The notes below the pieces were generated by a model that worked only from the letters and a program-made list of their open reading frames with translations, ran no database searches and was not told where the DNA came from. A stretch of 59,835 bases of DNA, the filler included, from Basidiobolus meristosporus CBS 931.73 (Eukaryota > Fungi > Basidiobolomycota): the NCBI GenBank assembly GCA_002104905.1. It is 3 parts of 3 records of this genome, joined end to end, with 100 filler letters (N's around TTAATTAATTAA, not from the genome) between each part and the next. Parts side by side here need not be neighbours in the genome. Positions count along the whole stretch, not along the records: positions 1 to 22,493 come from MCFE01000975.1; positions 22,594 to 41,125 come from MCFE01001059.1; 1 more part is not named here. One strand, 5' to 3'. The first letter of the stretch is position 1, and the number at the start of each line of letters is the position of its first letter. Of the stretch, positions 13,325 to 24,260 are shown piece after piece. Position numbers and translations under genes: made by a program.

Positions 13325-13574
13325 CTACCTAGATGACATACTGATTTACAGCAATACAGAAGAGGACCACTAGCTGAACATTCAAAGGTCTTGAAGAAGC
13401 TATGTGGGAACATGCTATATGGCAAGCTAGAAAAGGGCAAATTTTTAAAGGAACACAGAAAACATCTGGGACACATAGTTAATAGCACAGGAGTGACTTT
13501 AGAACTCAAGATGGTTGAGGACATCAAGACTCTGATGCAGCCCCATAGTATATGAGTACTTGGATCACTGCTGG

Positions 13575-13943
13575 TATTATGATCTACCGCTTAAATGTTT
13601 AATCTAGATTAGTTTTTAGTCAAATCAATTAGTTATATGCTTAGCCTGTCAGTATATCAGTGTTATCAATCAAATCAGTAGTATTAGACAGCAGATGAAT
13701 CAGCAGATCCTTATCAAACAGGAGTAGATATATTAAGTAAGATCTTATTGGGTGATGATGATGAAATCAAATGAGTCATCAGCCACAACCTACATTAGGA
13801 AATACAATTAGTCAGCAATTGATCTGGCAAAATGTATATTAGGAGCTGCTGGAACCCCAATAAAAATCAGTTCAAGTTTTAGTGAATACAGTATAAGCTA
13901 AACTCCCTATTCCTCTACAACTCTTATACCAAGACTTGTAACA
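13575..13943 (+). mobile_element. Solo LTR of the gypsy family inside copy E, 4-bp TSD CTGG/CTAG
   Basis: T(A)TTATGATCT...GACTTGTAACA, 369 bp, colinear with the LTRs of the intact element; the flanks rejoin the pol sequence. Confidence 0.85.
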
Positions 13944-15867
13944 CTAGGAATGTTTTCCTATTTATGGAGATTTGTCAAGTCCTTTGCAAGTATTGCTGCC
14001 CCTTTCACTGATATCCTCAAGAAAGAAAACACTTACCAGTGTCATAGCATGTGAGACTGACTTTCAGAGGCTTAAGAGTGAACTTGCTACACTGCCAGGT
14101 ATTGCAGCACCTTTGACTCATATCCTCAAGAAAGAGAGAATCTACAAGTGGGACATGGCCTTTGAGACTGCCTTTTAGAGGCTCAAGTATGAACTTGTTA
14201 AGCAGCCAATCTTTAGGATACCTGATTTCAGGAAAGAGGTTACTCTGTGCACAGATGCTTCAGATTATGCAAGTGGTGGAGTATTGAGACAAGGAAATGA
14301 GGAAATGCAATGCCTAGGTACTATTAAATCCTAGAAACTGAGCTCAGAAGCACAAAACTGTCCAGTGCATGAAATGGAGAAGCTTGCTATAATACAGTGA
14401 CTAAAGACATGGAGATGCTACATAGAGGGAGTCTAGTGCACTGTAAAGACTGATCATGACTCATTAAGTATATATTTGCTCAGAATTTGCTACCTACAGA
14501 TATGACAAGATTGAGAGAACACATTCAGCAATCTGATCTGGAAATTGCCTACTGCCCTTACAAAAACAATGTGGTTGTCAATGTTTTATCAGGACTAGAA
14601 CAAATTGCACAACTCAGCTTGATGCATGAGTTTGATTGGGCCAGCTTATTACCAAAGTCCTTCAAAGGCAAAGATATTCCTAATGAGGTGGATGAAGATA
14701 TTAGGAAGATTATCCAAAATGAAGCCAGCAAGTTTGTAGTACAGCATGAAACACTGTATTGAATTCTTGATGGAAGCCCTATGGCCGATTGTCCTTATGT
14801 TGCTATCCTGGAATTAATACATAAGCTACAAGTGGCCCAGAAGAAAACAAGACATTGAGAAGCTGGTAAAACATGCCCAAACTGCCAAATCAACCAGGAC
14901 CAAACATAGAGAATTGCTGAACTCTTCCCTTGGAGCATGTAATACTACTTGAGAGTTGAAAAGTTGACTTTGTTGTGTTATGATCTGCCGCTTGAATGTT
15001 TAAGTTAGATCAGTGTTTAGTCAAATCAATTCGTATATGTTTAGGTTATCAGTAGATCAGTATTATCTATGGAATCAGTAGCATTAGTCAGCAAATGAAT
15101 CAGCAGATCCTTATCAGACAGAAATAGATATATTAAGTAGGATCTTATTGAGTGATGATGAGGCAATCAAATGAGTCATCAGCCACAACCTACATTAGCA
15201 AATACAATTAGTCAGCAATTGATCTGGCAAAATGTATATAAGGAGCTGCTGGAACCTCAATAAAAATCAGTTCAAGTTTTAGTAAATACAATACTAGCTA
15301 AACTCCCTATTCCTCTACAACTCTTATACCAAGACTTGTAACATTGGTAGCAGCAATATCCAGAAACCTCTCTCCTGAAGTAAGAAGAAACCACCCTCAA
15401 GATGTTGGAAAATCAAGAATGGAAGAATGCCATGCAGCAAATCCTGGCCCAACAGCAACAGTTACTCCAGATCCTCAGCCAACAGCAACAAGGATTGACT
15501 GTTACAAGTCTTGGTATAAGAGTTGTAGAGGAATAGGGAGTTTAGCTAGTATTGTATTCACTAAAACTTGAACTGATTTTTATTGAGGTTCCAGCAGCTC
15601 CTTATATACATTTTGCCAGATCAATTGCTGACTAATTGTATTTCCTAATGTAGGTTGCGGCTGATGACTCATTTGATTGCATCATCATCACCCAATAAGA
15701 TCCTACTTAATATATCTATTTCTGTCTGATAAGGATCTGCTGATTCATTTGCTGACTAATGCTACTGATTTCATAGATAATACTGATATACTGATAACCT
15801 AAACATATACTAATTGATTTGACTAAAAACTGATCTAACTTAAACACTCAAGCGGCAGATCATAACA

Positions 15868-15877
15868 TTCTCCCCTA
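15868..15877 (-). promoter_or_regulatory. Polypurine tract TAGGGGAGAA
   Basis: Immediately precedes the 3' LTR on the minus strand. Confidence 0.85.
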
Positions 15878-18800
15878 CTAAGGTTGAGAGGGTTCTCCTG
15901 AATCTCTTTTCTTGTGATACCAATATCTTGATGGTTCAGTATTATCAGCAAGTCTTGCAAGCTTGAGTCTGTCCCTATGCACTAAGTCTTCCCGGATATT
16001 ACCTTGCTTGTCCACCAGTTGGTAAGTTGCAAATGGACATTCTCTGATGATCTTGAATGGTCCTGTCCATTGTGGCTCAAACTTCTTCCGAGTGTTGTTT
16101 CTTAGCAATACAAAGTTCCCAACTGTCAATGCTTCTGGTGCTATAGTCTTATCAAATCTCTGCTTCATCTTTTCTGCACTTTGAGATACTTTGGTCTGTG
16201 CCTCTTGACGTCTTTGTTCCAGTTGCTGGTTTCTACTTGGCTGACTAAGTTCATCTTCTAAGGCATCTGTAAGCTTGGGTTGTGTGAGAACTCCTGGAAT
16301 CCTAGGTTCACATCCATAAACTAAGTAAAATGGTGATTGCTGGGTGGTGTTGTGTACTCTGACTCTGCATGCAAAGAGTGCTTGGTCCATATACTCATCC
16401 CATCTACTGACAACTCCATTTGCATACTTAGTCAGCATTTTTCCAAATAATCCATTAAACCGCTCAGTGACTCCATTAGTTCTGGGGTGATATGCCGAGG
16501 TTTTCAAGTGTCTGATCTGCTGCATTTCCAGGTAAGCCTCTAATGTCTTTGCCATAAAGTTTGCACCTCTATCGGATAAGATCTCCACAGGGCATCCAAA
16601 CTTCATCAGGATCTCATGGTAAATGAAACTTGCAACTTCTTGTTCACTGGCTATTGGTACAGCTTTAGCAACTGGCCATTTAGTGGCATGGTCAATAGCT
16701 ACTAGGATCCAACGGTTACATTTCCTGGTAGTTGGCAGTCTTCCAATAAAGTCAATTCCCCATCTCTCAAATGGTCTGACAGGCTCCAAAGGGAAGAGTT
16801 CGGCAATTCTTTGTGGCTGGCCCTGATTGATTTGGCAGTTTGGGCATGTTTTCACTAGCTTCTCAATATCTTGTTTCATTCTGGGCCACCATGCTCTGGC
16901 TTTCACAAGGCTATAGGTTCCTTCAATCCCAAGATGTCCATATCCATTGTGTAGCTTATGTATTAAATCCAGGCGAGCAACATAAGGACAATAGGCAATA
17001 GGGCTTCCATCAACAATTTGGTAGAGTGTTTCATCCTGTACAACAAATTTGCTGGCTTCATCCCGGATTATCTTCTTGATATCTTCATCCACCTCATTAG
17101 GAATGGCTTGGTCCTCCAAGTACTTTGGTAATAGGCTAGGCCAATCTGATTCATGCACCAAGTTGAGTTGTGCAACTTGATCTAATCTTGATAAGGCATC
17201 AGCAACCGTGTTGTTTTTTCCAGGGCAGTAGACAATCTCCAGGTCAAATTGCTGAATGTATTCACTCCATCTTGTCATTCTTCTAGAGAGTACCTTCTGA
17301 GTAAATATATACTTGAGGGAGGCATGATCAGTCTTCACAGTGCATTTGACTCCTTCAATATAGCATCTCCATGTCTTCAAACAGTGTATTATAGCAAGCA
17401 TCTCCTTCTCATGGACTGGATAGTTTTGTTCTGCTGAGTTCAGTTTCTTGGATTCAAAGGCAACAGGGTAGTCCTTTCCCTTGTGTTCTTGGCTCAGCAC
17501 TCCACCAATTGCATAATCTGAAGCATCTGTGCACAGAGTGAACTCTTTTCTGAAGTCTGGTATTCTTAAGCTTGGCAGCTTAGCAAGTTCATTCTTGAGC
17601 GTCTGGAAGGCAGTCTCACAAGCTATGTCCCACTTGTAGGTATTGTCTTTCTTGAGGATATCAGTTAAAGGGGCTGCAATACTTGCAAATGACTTGACAA
17701 ATCTCCGATAATAGGAAACCATTCCAAGGAATGATCTGAGTTCTGATATGCTATGGGGCTGCTTCAAATTCTTGATAACTTCAACCTTCTTAGGGTCTAA
17801 GGTTACTCCTGTGCTAGTCACTATGTGTCCCAGATATTCAACGTGTTCCTTGAAGAATTCACACTTGGCTAGCTTGCCATATAGCTTGTTCTCTCTTAGT
17901 TTCTTCAAGACCTTTTCAATGTGCACCATGTGATCCTCTTCTGTCTTGCTGTATATCAATATGTCATCCAGGTAGATTATCACAAACTTGTCTAAGTACT
18001 CCTGAAAGACAGTCTGCATCAGCGTCATGAATGTTGCAGGGGCATTAGTGAGGCCAAAACTCATGACTAAGTACTTGTAATGTCCATATCTGGTCCTGAA
18101 TGCTGTCTTAGGGATATCTTCTGGTTTCACCCTAATCTGGTTGTATCCTGACATGAGGTCAATCTTGCTGAAAATAGTGGCTCCATTAAGTTGGTCCAAA
18201 AGCTCATCAATCCGAGGTATGGGGTACTTATTCTTGACGGTAACTGAGTTCAGGGCTCTGTAGTCAATGCACATCCTAAGTGTTCCATCCTTCTTTTTCA
18301 CAAAAAGCACTGGTGCTCCCCAGGGTGACTTGCTGGGCCTGATGTATCCTTGCTCCAATAGCTGATCAATTTGTCTCTTCATTTCCTCCAATTCCAATGG
18401 ACTCATTCTGTAAGGTGTCTTGCTCACTGGAGGGCTATCTCCTGTGTCAATGGCATGATCCACGTCTCTGACTGGTGGTAGGCTTACAAGCTCATCTGGA
18501 AACACGTCTGAATATTTCTTCAAGAGAGTCTGGACCTGCTGGGGTGCTGGGGTAGAGGAATCCTCCTGTAATACCGCCATGAGGAACATCTGGGTACCTT
18601 TTCTAAGTGCTCTACAGAACTGGGTCTTGCTAAGTTCACTTGTCTCACACACACTGGAATTGACCAAGTTGAAATCCAGCCTGGCAGGTAATAGCTCATA
18701 GGTCTTGTTGTCTTTTTGGATCTGAGTAGCATGGGTTCTCCAGTTGATTGATGGATTACAACAAAATAGCCAGGTTTTTCCAAGTACAAGGTCAAACTTG

Positions 18801-20011
18801 CAGTTCCCAAATATATAAGCCTGTAGGTCTTCTTCATAGTCATTGATCTTCATTCTTACTGGCTGGGTAATACGGTTGATTATGTGGGAGTTCCCATCAG
18901 CTGTGGAGACTGAAGTTGATTTGGTAGGTTCCGAGTTGATTCCAGCTTTCAAAGCAAATTGCTCTGACATGTACTCATGCGATGCTCCTGAGTCAATCAT
19001 GATCTTGGCAGGTACTCCATTGATTACTCCATTCAAGTACAATAACTTCCCTGAGTTTGAAGTCATTTGGGACAAGTACTCTTCTGTCATATGGAAGGTG
19101 AGTTCCAAGTCTTCTTCAAGCTCATCTTCCACATTACTGTGTTCATGGGACTCAATATGGTTGAAGGTTCTTGTTGGCTGGTGTCCATTTCTTCTCTGAG
19201 GGCAGTACTTTGCAATATGTCCCTGCTGGTGGCAATTGAAGCAAAGTCCTCTCTTCTTGCATTCTTCTGAGGAGGGATTCTTCTGCATAGCGTCTATTTC
19301 CATTGGTACTGCTTCTGATTGTCTTCTTTCATAATGATTATAGCCTTTCTGATTAGTCACTGTAGGCTTCCCAACTCCAAACATAGCTGAGTCATAGTCA
19401 ATGGCAATCTTGATGGCTTCTTCAATAGTCTGAGGTCTTTGGTAATTGACTTCCTTGCAAGTTCTTTCTTTCAACCCATCAATAAAGTATTCAACTTGAT
19501 CCAAGGGGTCCATTCTTTCAATTTGTCCAAGTAGACATCTGTACTCATAGATGTATTCTTGCACCATTCCTTTCTGTCTGAGTGTCTTTAACTTCCTTCT
19601 TAGTAGTGTCTGCTGGTGTGGAGGTTCAAAAGCATCCTGAATTTCCGACACAAACTCATCCCAGGTAGAGATTGTAGAGCATCCCATCATAGTAGCTGAC
19701 CTGATCTTGTTGTGGTACCACTGTAAAGCTGCATCTGCCAGGTAAGAAGCTGCATAATGCAACTTGCTCTCTGGAGCAATTCCTTTAGCTTTAAAAGCTT
19801 CTTCAATCTGAAAGAGCCAAGTTCCCAGGTTTTCATTGACTCTGCCATGGTACCGGTTGACCTTCACACTAAAGTTGCTCTTGACAGGGCTTTGCTGGCT
19901 CTGAGCCATGGTAGTCATTCCTTGTTGCTGTTGGCTGAGGATCTGGAGTAGCTGTTGCTGTTGGGCCAGGATTTGCTGCATGGCATTCTTCCATTCTTGA
20001 TTGTCCGACAT
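15878..20011 (-). CDS. gag-pol: Single-ORF Gag-Pol polyprotein, 1377 aa
   Basis: Capsid, zinc knuckle [14 protein letters not shown], protease IDSGAS, RT YLDD, RNase H (CTDASD), integrase HNGYGH..CPNC with DDE core, GPF motif; no chromodomain recognisable. Confidence 0.97.
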   Translation of the reverse strand: MSDNQEWKNAMQQILAQQQQLLQILSQQQQGMTTMAQSQQSPVKSNFSVKVNRYHGRVNENLGTWLFQIEEAFKAKGIAPESKLHYAASYLADAALQWYHNKIRSATMMGCSTISTWDEFVSEIQDAFEPPHQQTLLRRKLKTLRQKGMVQEYIYEYRCLLGQIERMDPLDQVEYFIDGLKERTCKEVNYQRPQTIEEAIKIAIDYDSAMFGVGKPTVTNQKGYNHYERRQSEAVPMEIDAMQKNPSSEECKKRGLCFNCHQQGHIAKYCPQRRNGHQPTRTFNHIESHEHSNVEDELEEDLELTFHMTEEYLSQMTSNSGKLLYLNGVINGVPAKIMIDSGASHEYMSEQFALKAGINSEPTKSTSVSTADGNSHIINRITQPVRMKINDYEEDLQAYIFGNCKFDLVLGKTWLFCCNPSINWRTHATQIQKDNKTYELLPARLDFNLVNSSVCETSELSKTQFCRALRKGTQMFLMAVLQEDSSTPAPQQVQTLLKKYSDVFPDELVSLPPVRDVDHAIDTGDSPPVSKTPYRMSPLELEEMKRQIDQLLEQGYIRPSKSPWGAPVLFVKKKDGTLRMCIDYRALNSVTVKNKYPIPRIDELLDQLNGATIFSKIDLMSGYNQIRVKPEDIPKTAFRTRYGHYKYLVMSFGLTNAPATFMTLMQTVFQEYLDKFVIIYLDDILIYSKTEEDHMVHIEKVLKKLRENKLYGKLAKCEFFKEHVEYLGHIVTSTGVTLDPKKVEVIKNLKQPHSISELRSFLGMVSYYRRFVKSFASIAAPLTDILKKDNTYKWDIACETAFQTLKNELAKLPSLRIPDFRKEFTLCTDASDYAIGGVLSQEHKGKDYPVAFESKKLNSAEQNYPVHEKEMLAIIHCLKTWRCYIEGVKCTVKTDHASLKYIFTQKVLSRRMTRWSEYIQQFDLEIVYCPGKNNTVADALSRLDQVAQLNLVHESDWPSLLPKYLEDQAIPNEVDEDIKKIIRDEASKFVVQDETLYQIVDGSPIAYCPYVARLDLIHKLHNGYGHLGIEGTYSLVKARAWWPRMKQDIEKLVKTCPNCQINQGQPQRIAELFPLEPVRPFERWGIDFIGRLPTTRKCNRWILVAIDHATKWPVAKAVPIASEQEVASFIYHEILMKFGCPVEILSDRGANFMAKTLEAYLEMQQIRHLKTSAYHPRTNGVTERFNGLFGKMLTKYANGVVSRWDEYMDQALFACRVRVHNTTQQSPFYLVYGCEPRIPGVLTQPKLTDALEDELSQPSRNQQLEQRRQEAQTKVSQSAEKMKQRFDKTIAPEALTVGNFVLLRNNTRKKFEPQWTGPFKIIRECPFATYQLVDKQGNIREDLVHRDRLKLARLADNTEPSRYWYHKKRDSGEPSQP

Positions 20012-20057
20012 CTTGAGGGTGGTTTCTTCTTTCTTCAGGAGGGAGGTTTCTGGTTAT

Positions 20058-20068
20058 CGCTGCTACCA
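20058..20068 (-). promoter_or_regulatory. Primer-binding site TGGTAGCAGCG, probably for the tRNA-iMet 3' end
   Basis: One base after the 5' LTR; begins TGG (complement of CCA); TGGTAGCAG matches the animal-type tRNA-iMet 3' end as I recall it; the same motif follows the LTRs of B, C and D. Confidence 0.75.
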
Positions 20069-20502
20069 ATGTTACAAGTCTTGGTATAAGAGTTGTAGAG
20101 GAATAGGGAGTTTAGCTAGTATTGTATTCACTAAAACTTGAACTGATTTTTATTGAGGTTCCAGCAGCTCCTTATATACATTTTGCCAGATCAATTGCTG
20201 ACTAATTGTATTTCCTAATGTAGGTTGCGGCTGATGACTCATTTGATTGCATCATCATCACCCAATAAGATCCTACTTAATATATCTATTTCTGTCTGAT
20301 AAGGATCTGCTGATTCATTTGCTGACTAATGCTACTGATTTCATAGATAATACTGATATACTGATAACCTAAACATATACTAATTGATTTGACTAAAAAC
20401 TGATCTAACTTAAACACTCAAGCGGCAGATCATAACATGACTACCATGGCTCAGAACCAGCAAAGCCCTGTTAAGAGCAACCTTAGTGTGAAGGTCAACC
20501 GG

Positions 20503-21573
20503 TGTAGTGGGGTGACAGTGACACCCACTGACAGATGTGCTCATTCCCTTATCTTCTACTTCCCTATATCTCTACTACACTTATTTTAGTTTTATCCCAT
20601 TTGTCTTACCCAATCAGTACTATCCCATAAGCCGGTTGACTATCACACCTGCTTACCTTATTGCATAAGTTACCCCTCACTTTATGTAAGATTACTAGCT
20701 ATAAGTACTTCTATATTAGGCAAGTACCCGCGCCAGTACCTGTGACACATGATCAGCCCGTGTCACCATCCCTACCATTTCCATACCGTATATGGTATCC
20801 CCATGTTACACAGGTTTCAGAATACTGATTCCTGATTGGTTGGATGTGCTGTGCCTCTTAGAACCTTCCGGCACCTACTTAGAACATTTGTAGGTCATTC
20901 TGATGTCATTAAGATTTCTATTGATATCCGGAACCTTCTGGAACACCATGATTAGTAATCACTTAGCCAGTGAGAAAAGTATATAAGGGAGGCTATCCCT
21001 CTACAATAAATCATCATCCCTTTTATCAATATACCGACTTGTTGATTAGTGTGATCACTGCTACCTGCTGCTACCTGAACTTCCAACCCTAGACCACAGG
21101 ACACTCCCAGGAAACTGCGCTGACAGCCAACTGACCTTGGAGGCACTACTTGTGAGGAATACTCAGAGTAGGTATCTTTTATTATATTTGATTCTTTCCC
21201 AAGTTTGTTCTCGTACAGGCAAAGATACTTTTCTGTCTTTGTAACTATTGACCACAGCTGCATTCTTATCAAGTCCCTGCTGGTGGAGTTTACAGTTGTT
21301 TTGACTTTGGAAGCTTTAGTACATTGTCATCTCAAAGGACGCTGAACCCAGCACATACTTTTGTTAAGACGCCAACTAAGTTGGGGATTGTAGCTCAATA
21401 GTTTTCCCTTGACAAGCTTGTGGCTTTATTCCCCTTCACATTAGATTAGAGACAGAACCCAAGTATTCCTAGTAAGCTTTTGCCAGAGGTTATCGCACCC
21501 AGTGAACACCCCACACACAAAACACTTTAGAAGTGTTGCACGTATCTCTCCCTTGGACTTATACACCACCACA
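20503..21573. mobile_element. Solo LTR (LTR2 family), 1071 bp, 4-bp TSD CCGG
   Basis: TGTAGTGG...CCACCACA; CCGG at 20499-20502 and 21574-21577; removing it restores gag AACCGGTAC (N-R-Y). Confidence 0.93.
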
Positions 21574-22493
21574 CCGGTACCATGGCAGAGTCAATGAAAA
21601 CTTGGGAACTTGGCTCTTTCAGATTGAAGAAGCTTTTAAAGCTAAAGGAATTGCTCCAGAAAGCAAGTTGCATTATGCAGCTTCTTACCTGGCAGATGCA
21701 GCTTTACAGTGGTACCACAACAAGATCAGGTTGGCCATTATGATGGGATGCTCTACAATCTCTACCTGGGATGAGTTTGTGTTGGAAATTCAGGATGCTT
21801 TTGAACCTCCACACCAGCAGACACTACTGAGAAGGAAGTTAAGACACTCAGACAGAGAGGCATGGTTCAAGAGTACATCTATGAGTACAGATGTCTACTT
21901 GGACAAATTGAAAGAATGGACCCCATGGATCAAGTTGAATACTTTATTGATAGGTTGAAAGAAAGAACTTGCAAAGCAAGTGAATTATCGAAGACCTCAG
22001 ACTATAGAAGAAGCCATCAAGATTGCCATTGACTATGACTCAGCTATGTTTGGAGTTGGGAAGCCTACAGTGACTAATCAGAAAGGCTACAATCACTATG
22101 AAAAAAGACAGTCAGAAGCAGTGCCAATAGAAATAGGGGCTATGCATAAGAATCCTACCTCAGAAGAATGTAAGAAGAAAGGACTTTGCTTCAATTGCCA
22201 CCAGCAAGGACATATTGCAAAGTACTGCCCTCAGAGAAGAAATGGACACCAGCCAACAAGAACCTTCAACCATATTGAGTCCCATGAATACAGTAATGTG
22301 GAAGATGAGCTTGAAGAAGACTTGGAACTCACCTTCCATATGACAGAAGAGTACTTGTCCTAAATGACCTCAAACTCAGGGAAGTTATTGTACTTAAATG
22401 GAGTAATCAATGGAGTACCTGCCAAAATCATGATTGACTCTGGGGCATCACATGAGTACATGTCAGAGCAATTTGCCTTGAAAGCTGGAATCA

Positions 22494-22593
22494 NNNNNNN
22501 NNNNNNNNNNNNNNNNNNNNNNNNNNNNNNNNNNNNNTTAATTAATTAANNNNNNNNNNNNNNNNNNNNNNNNNNNNNNNNNNNNNNNNNNNN
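22494..22593. other. Artificial contig spacer N44-TTAATTAATTAA-N44
   Basis: The 12-mer places stops in all six frames; an identical spacer lies at 41126-41225. Confidence 0.97.
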
Positions 22594-24260
22594 TGAGGGA
22601 TGATTTGAATACATTCCTGACTAGATGAGAAGCCATGTTTGATCACTCACTGCCTAGTCGCTAGCACCGGGTATATATGGGTGTCATCCAAGAATAGCCA
22701 AGGTGGTGTTGTATCGCCAGCACTGGGTATACATGGGTGCTAATCGAGAATAGCCAAGAGGATCTAATGATTTGGCTGAATGTTCTCCAATCATTCACAG
22801 TCTGCCTATTGAACGATCCAAGGGTAGTTTCATCTTGTTCAAAGCATTCTGGCTTAACCATCACTCGCTCTATTGCCTTGGTTAGTGGCTTAACCATCAC
22901 TATAATACAGAAGACCTGAATTATTATTAACCAAGTGACCGACTTAATAAATCCTTACTGATTGAGTTAGTTGAATAAAATGTAATGACAGGCAATATAC
23001 TATACCATACTGATTAGGTCGACTGACTCCTATCAAGATAATATTCGCCAACCTGATTTCGGTTTTCCATAGGAAGTTAGTGATTATCGGAGTCGGACGT
23101 CATTACCAGGGATTAGAGTTAGATTCCAAATACGTTCCATTCCCACGTGTAGGGAGGCAAAATCCTTCCTTTCTGTAAAACGTGCCAAGAAAGCGGTATT
23201 CGCAACAATCTTCCAAGTAAATACGCACCTGCGAAGCGGTTCATTACATCTAGTCCAACTGGAGCTTAGTACAGATAGTGCAAAATAGGGCCCCACTACC
23301 TATAGATTTGATAAATTGAGTCTCCAAAACATGCAAAGACAAGTGTATCATCTGAGGATACCGAGATCTCCTACCACCAATCCATCAAACCTGTTACCAG
23401 TGAAGCAGATGAAAGCCAAGACTATCACTGATGTTCGCGAGAATGTTGCAATACAAACCATTGTGATCGTAAAACCCACTCGTATCACTGACAATCAAAA
23501 CCATTCATGCCACGGTCACTGAAAATCCCGCGTGCTCATAGCCTCCTCCATTGTACCGAATTCCATGTCTTATATCATACATTGATGTACCTTACTCTGG
23601 GTATGCTATCCTCCATTCCATGTGATTGCATCATTTGGGTAGAGACTTGATTCAAACCTATGGTCTCTTAAGGGAGGGAAGTCACTAGTTTGATGAAATC
23701 TTTATTCTTACAAAGTAGTTATAAAAAACTTGAGCTAAAATAAAGAAGCATAAGAGTTATTGAATCTCTCAAGTAAATAATCTAACTTAAACTTGTTTTT
23801 TTGGAAACACTGTACTCAATGCATTTAAGTGCCTCTTGGGAGAAGATAATATTCAGGGGCTTTGGGGGAATCACAAACTGTAATGGCACTTGCATATTTA
23901 ATGAATATTGCAACAAGAACCGGGAACCATGGTGTCAAGGAAAGGGGTGTGAACTTGTAAGTAACTATGCCAAAGAACAAGAGGGTGATCAATGATGCAT
24001 GTTTAGGCTTTTCTGCCCTCAATGGCCTTGTAGCTTGCTCAGCTACTGGAGGGGAATTGTCAAAGATATGTCAGCAGGAGGACTTGTGGGAGTGCTTCTG
24101 CTGTAACTAATCTTTGACAAGAGGATTACTGGATTGTATGGTCAATTTTGTAATTACAACTTGATATTCACTTGGTTATACTTTGTTGTTGTAACTGGAC
24201 TTTACTTGACAAAATCTTTTAAAAAATATTTGTAAATCTTGGATTAAATTATGCTATAAC

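Larger units (their letters stand above)
9296..14975 (+). pseudogene. Old degenerate Ty3/gypsy pol copy ('E'), the basal host of the nest
   Basis: 9296-10402, 13325-13574 and 13944-14975 are colinear with the protease-RT-RNaseH-integrase coding region of the intact element; many stops and frameshifts. Confidence 0.85.
15500..20437 (-). mobile_element. Apparently intact Ty3/gypsy LTR retrotransposon ('A'), 4938 bp, 4-bp TSD TGAC
   Basis: 368-bp TG...CA LTRs at 15500-15867 and 20070-20437, identical by eye; PBS, PPT and an uninterrupted ORF; TGAC at 15496-15499 and 20438-20441. Confidence 0.97.
14976..22493 (+). mobile_element. Ty3/gypsy copy 'B' (5' LTR 14976-15343, PBS, gag-protease), interrupted by two insertions and truncated by the gap
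   Basis: gag pieces 15344-15499, 20438-20502 and 21574-22493 rejoin to [11 protein letters not shown]...[15 protein letters not shown]; frameshift near 21847 and CAA>TAA at 22361. Confidence 0.9.

Noticed and set aside
22538-22549. TTAATTAATTAA palindromes within the N runs (also 41170-41181)
   Set aside because: Artificial six-frame-stop linker. Adjacency across these gaps is not guaranteed, so no biological linkage is inferred across them.
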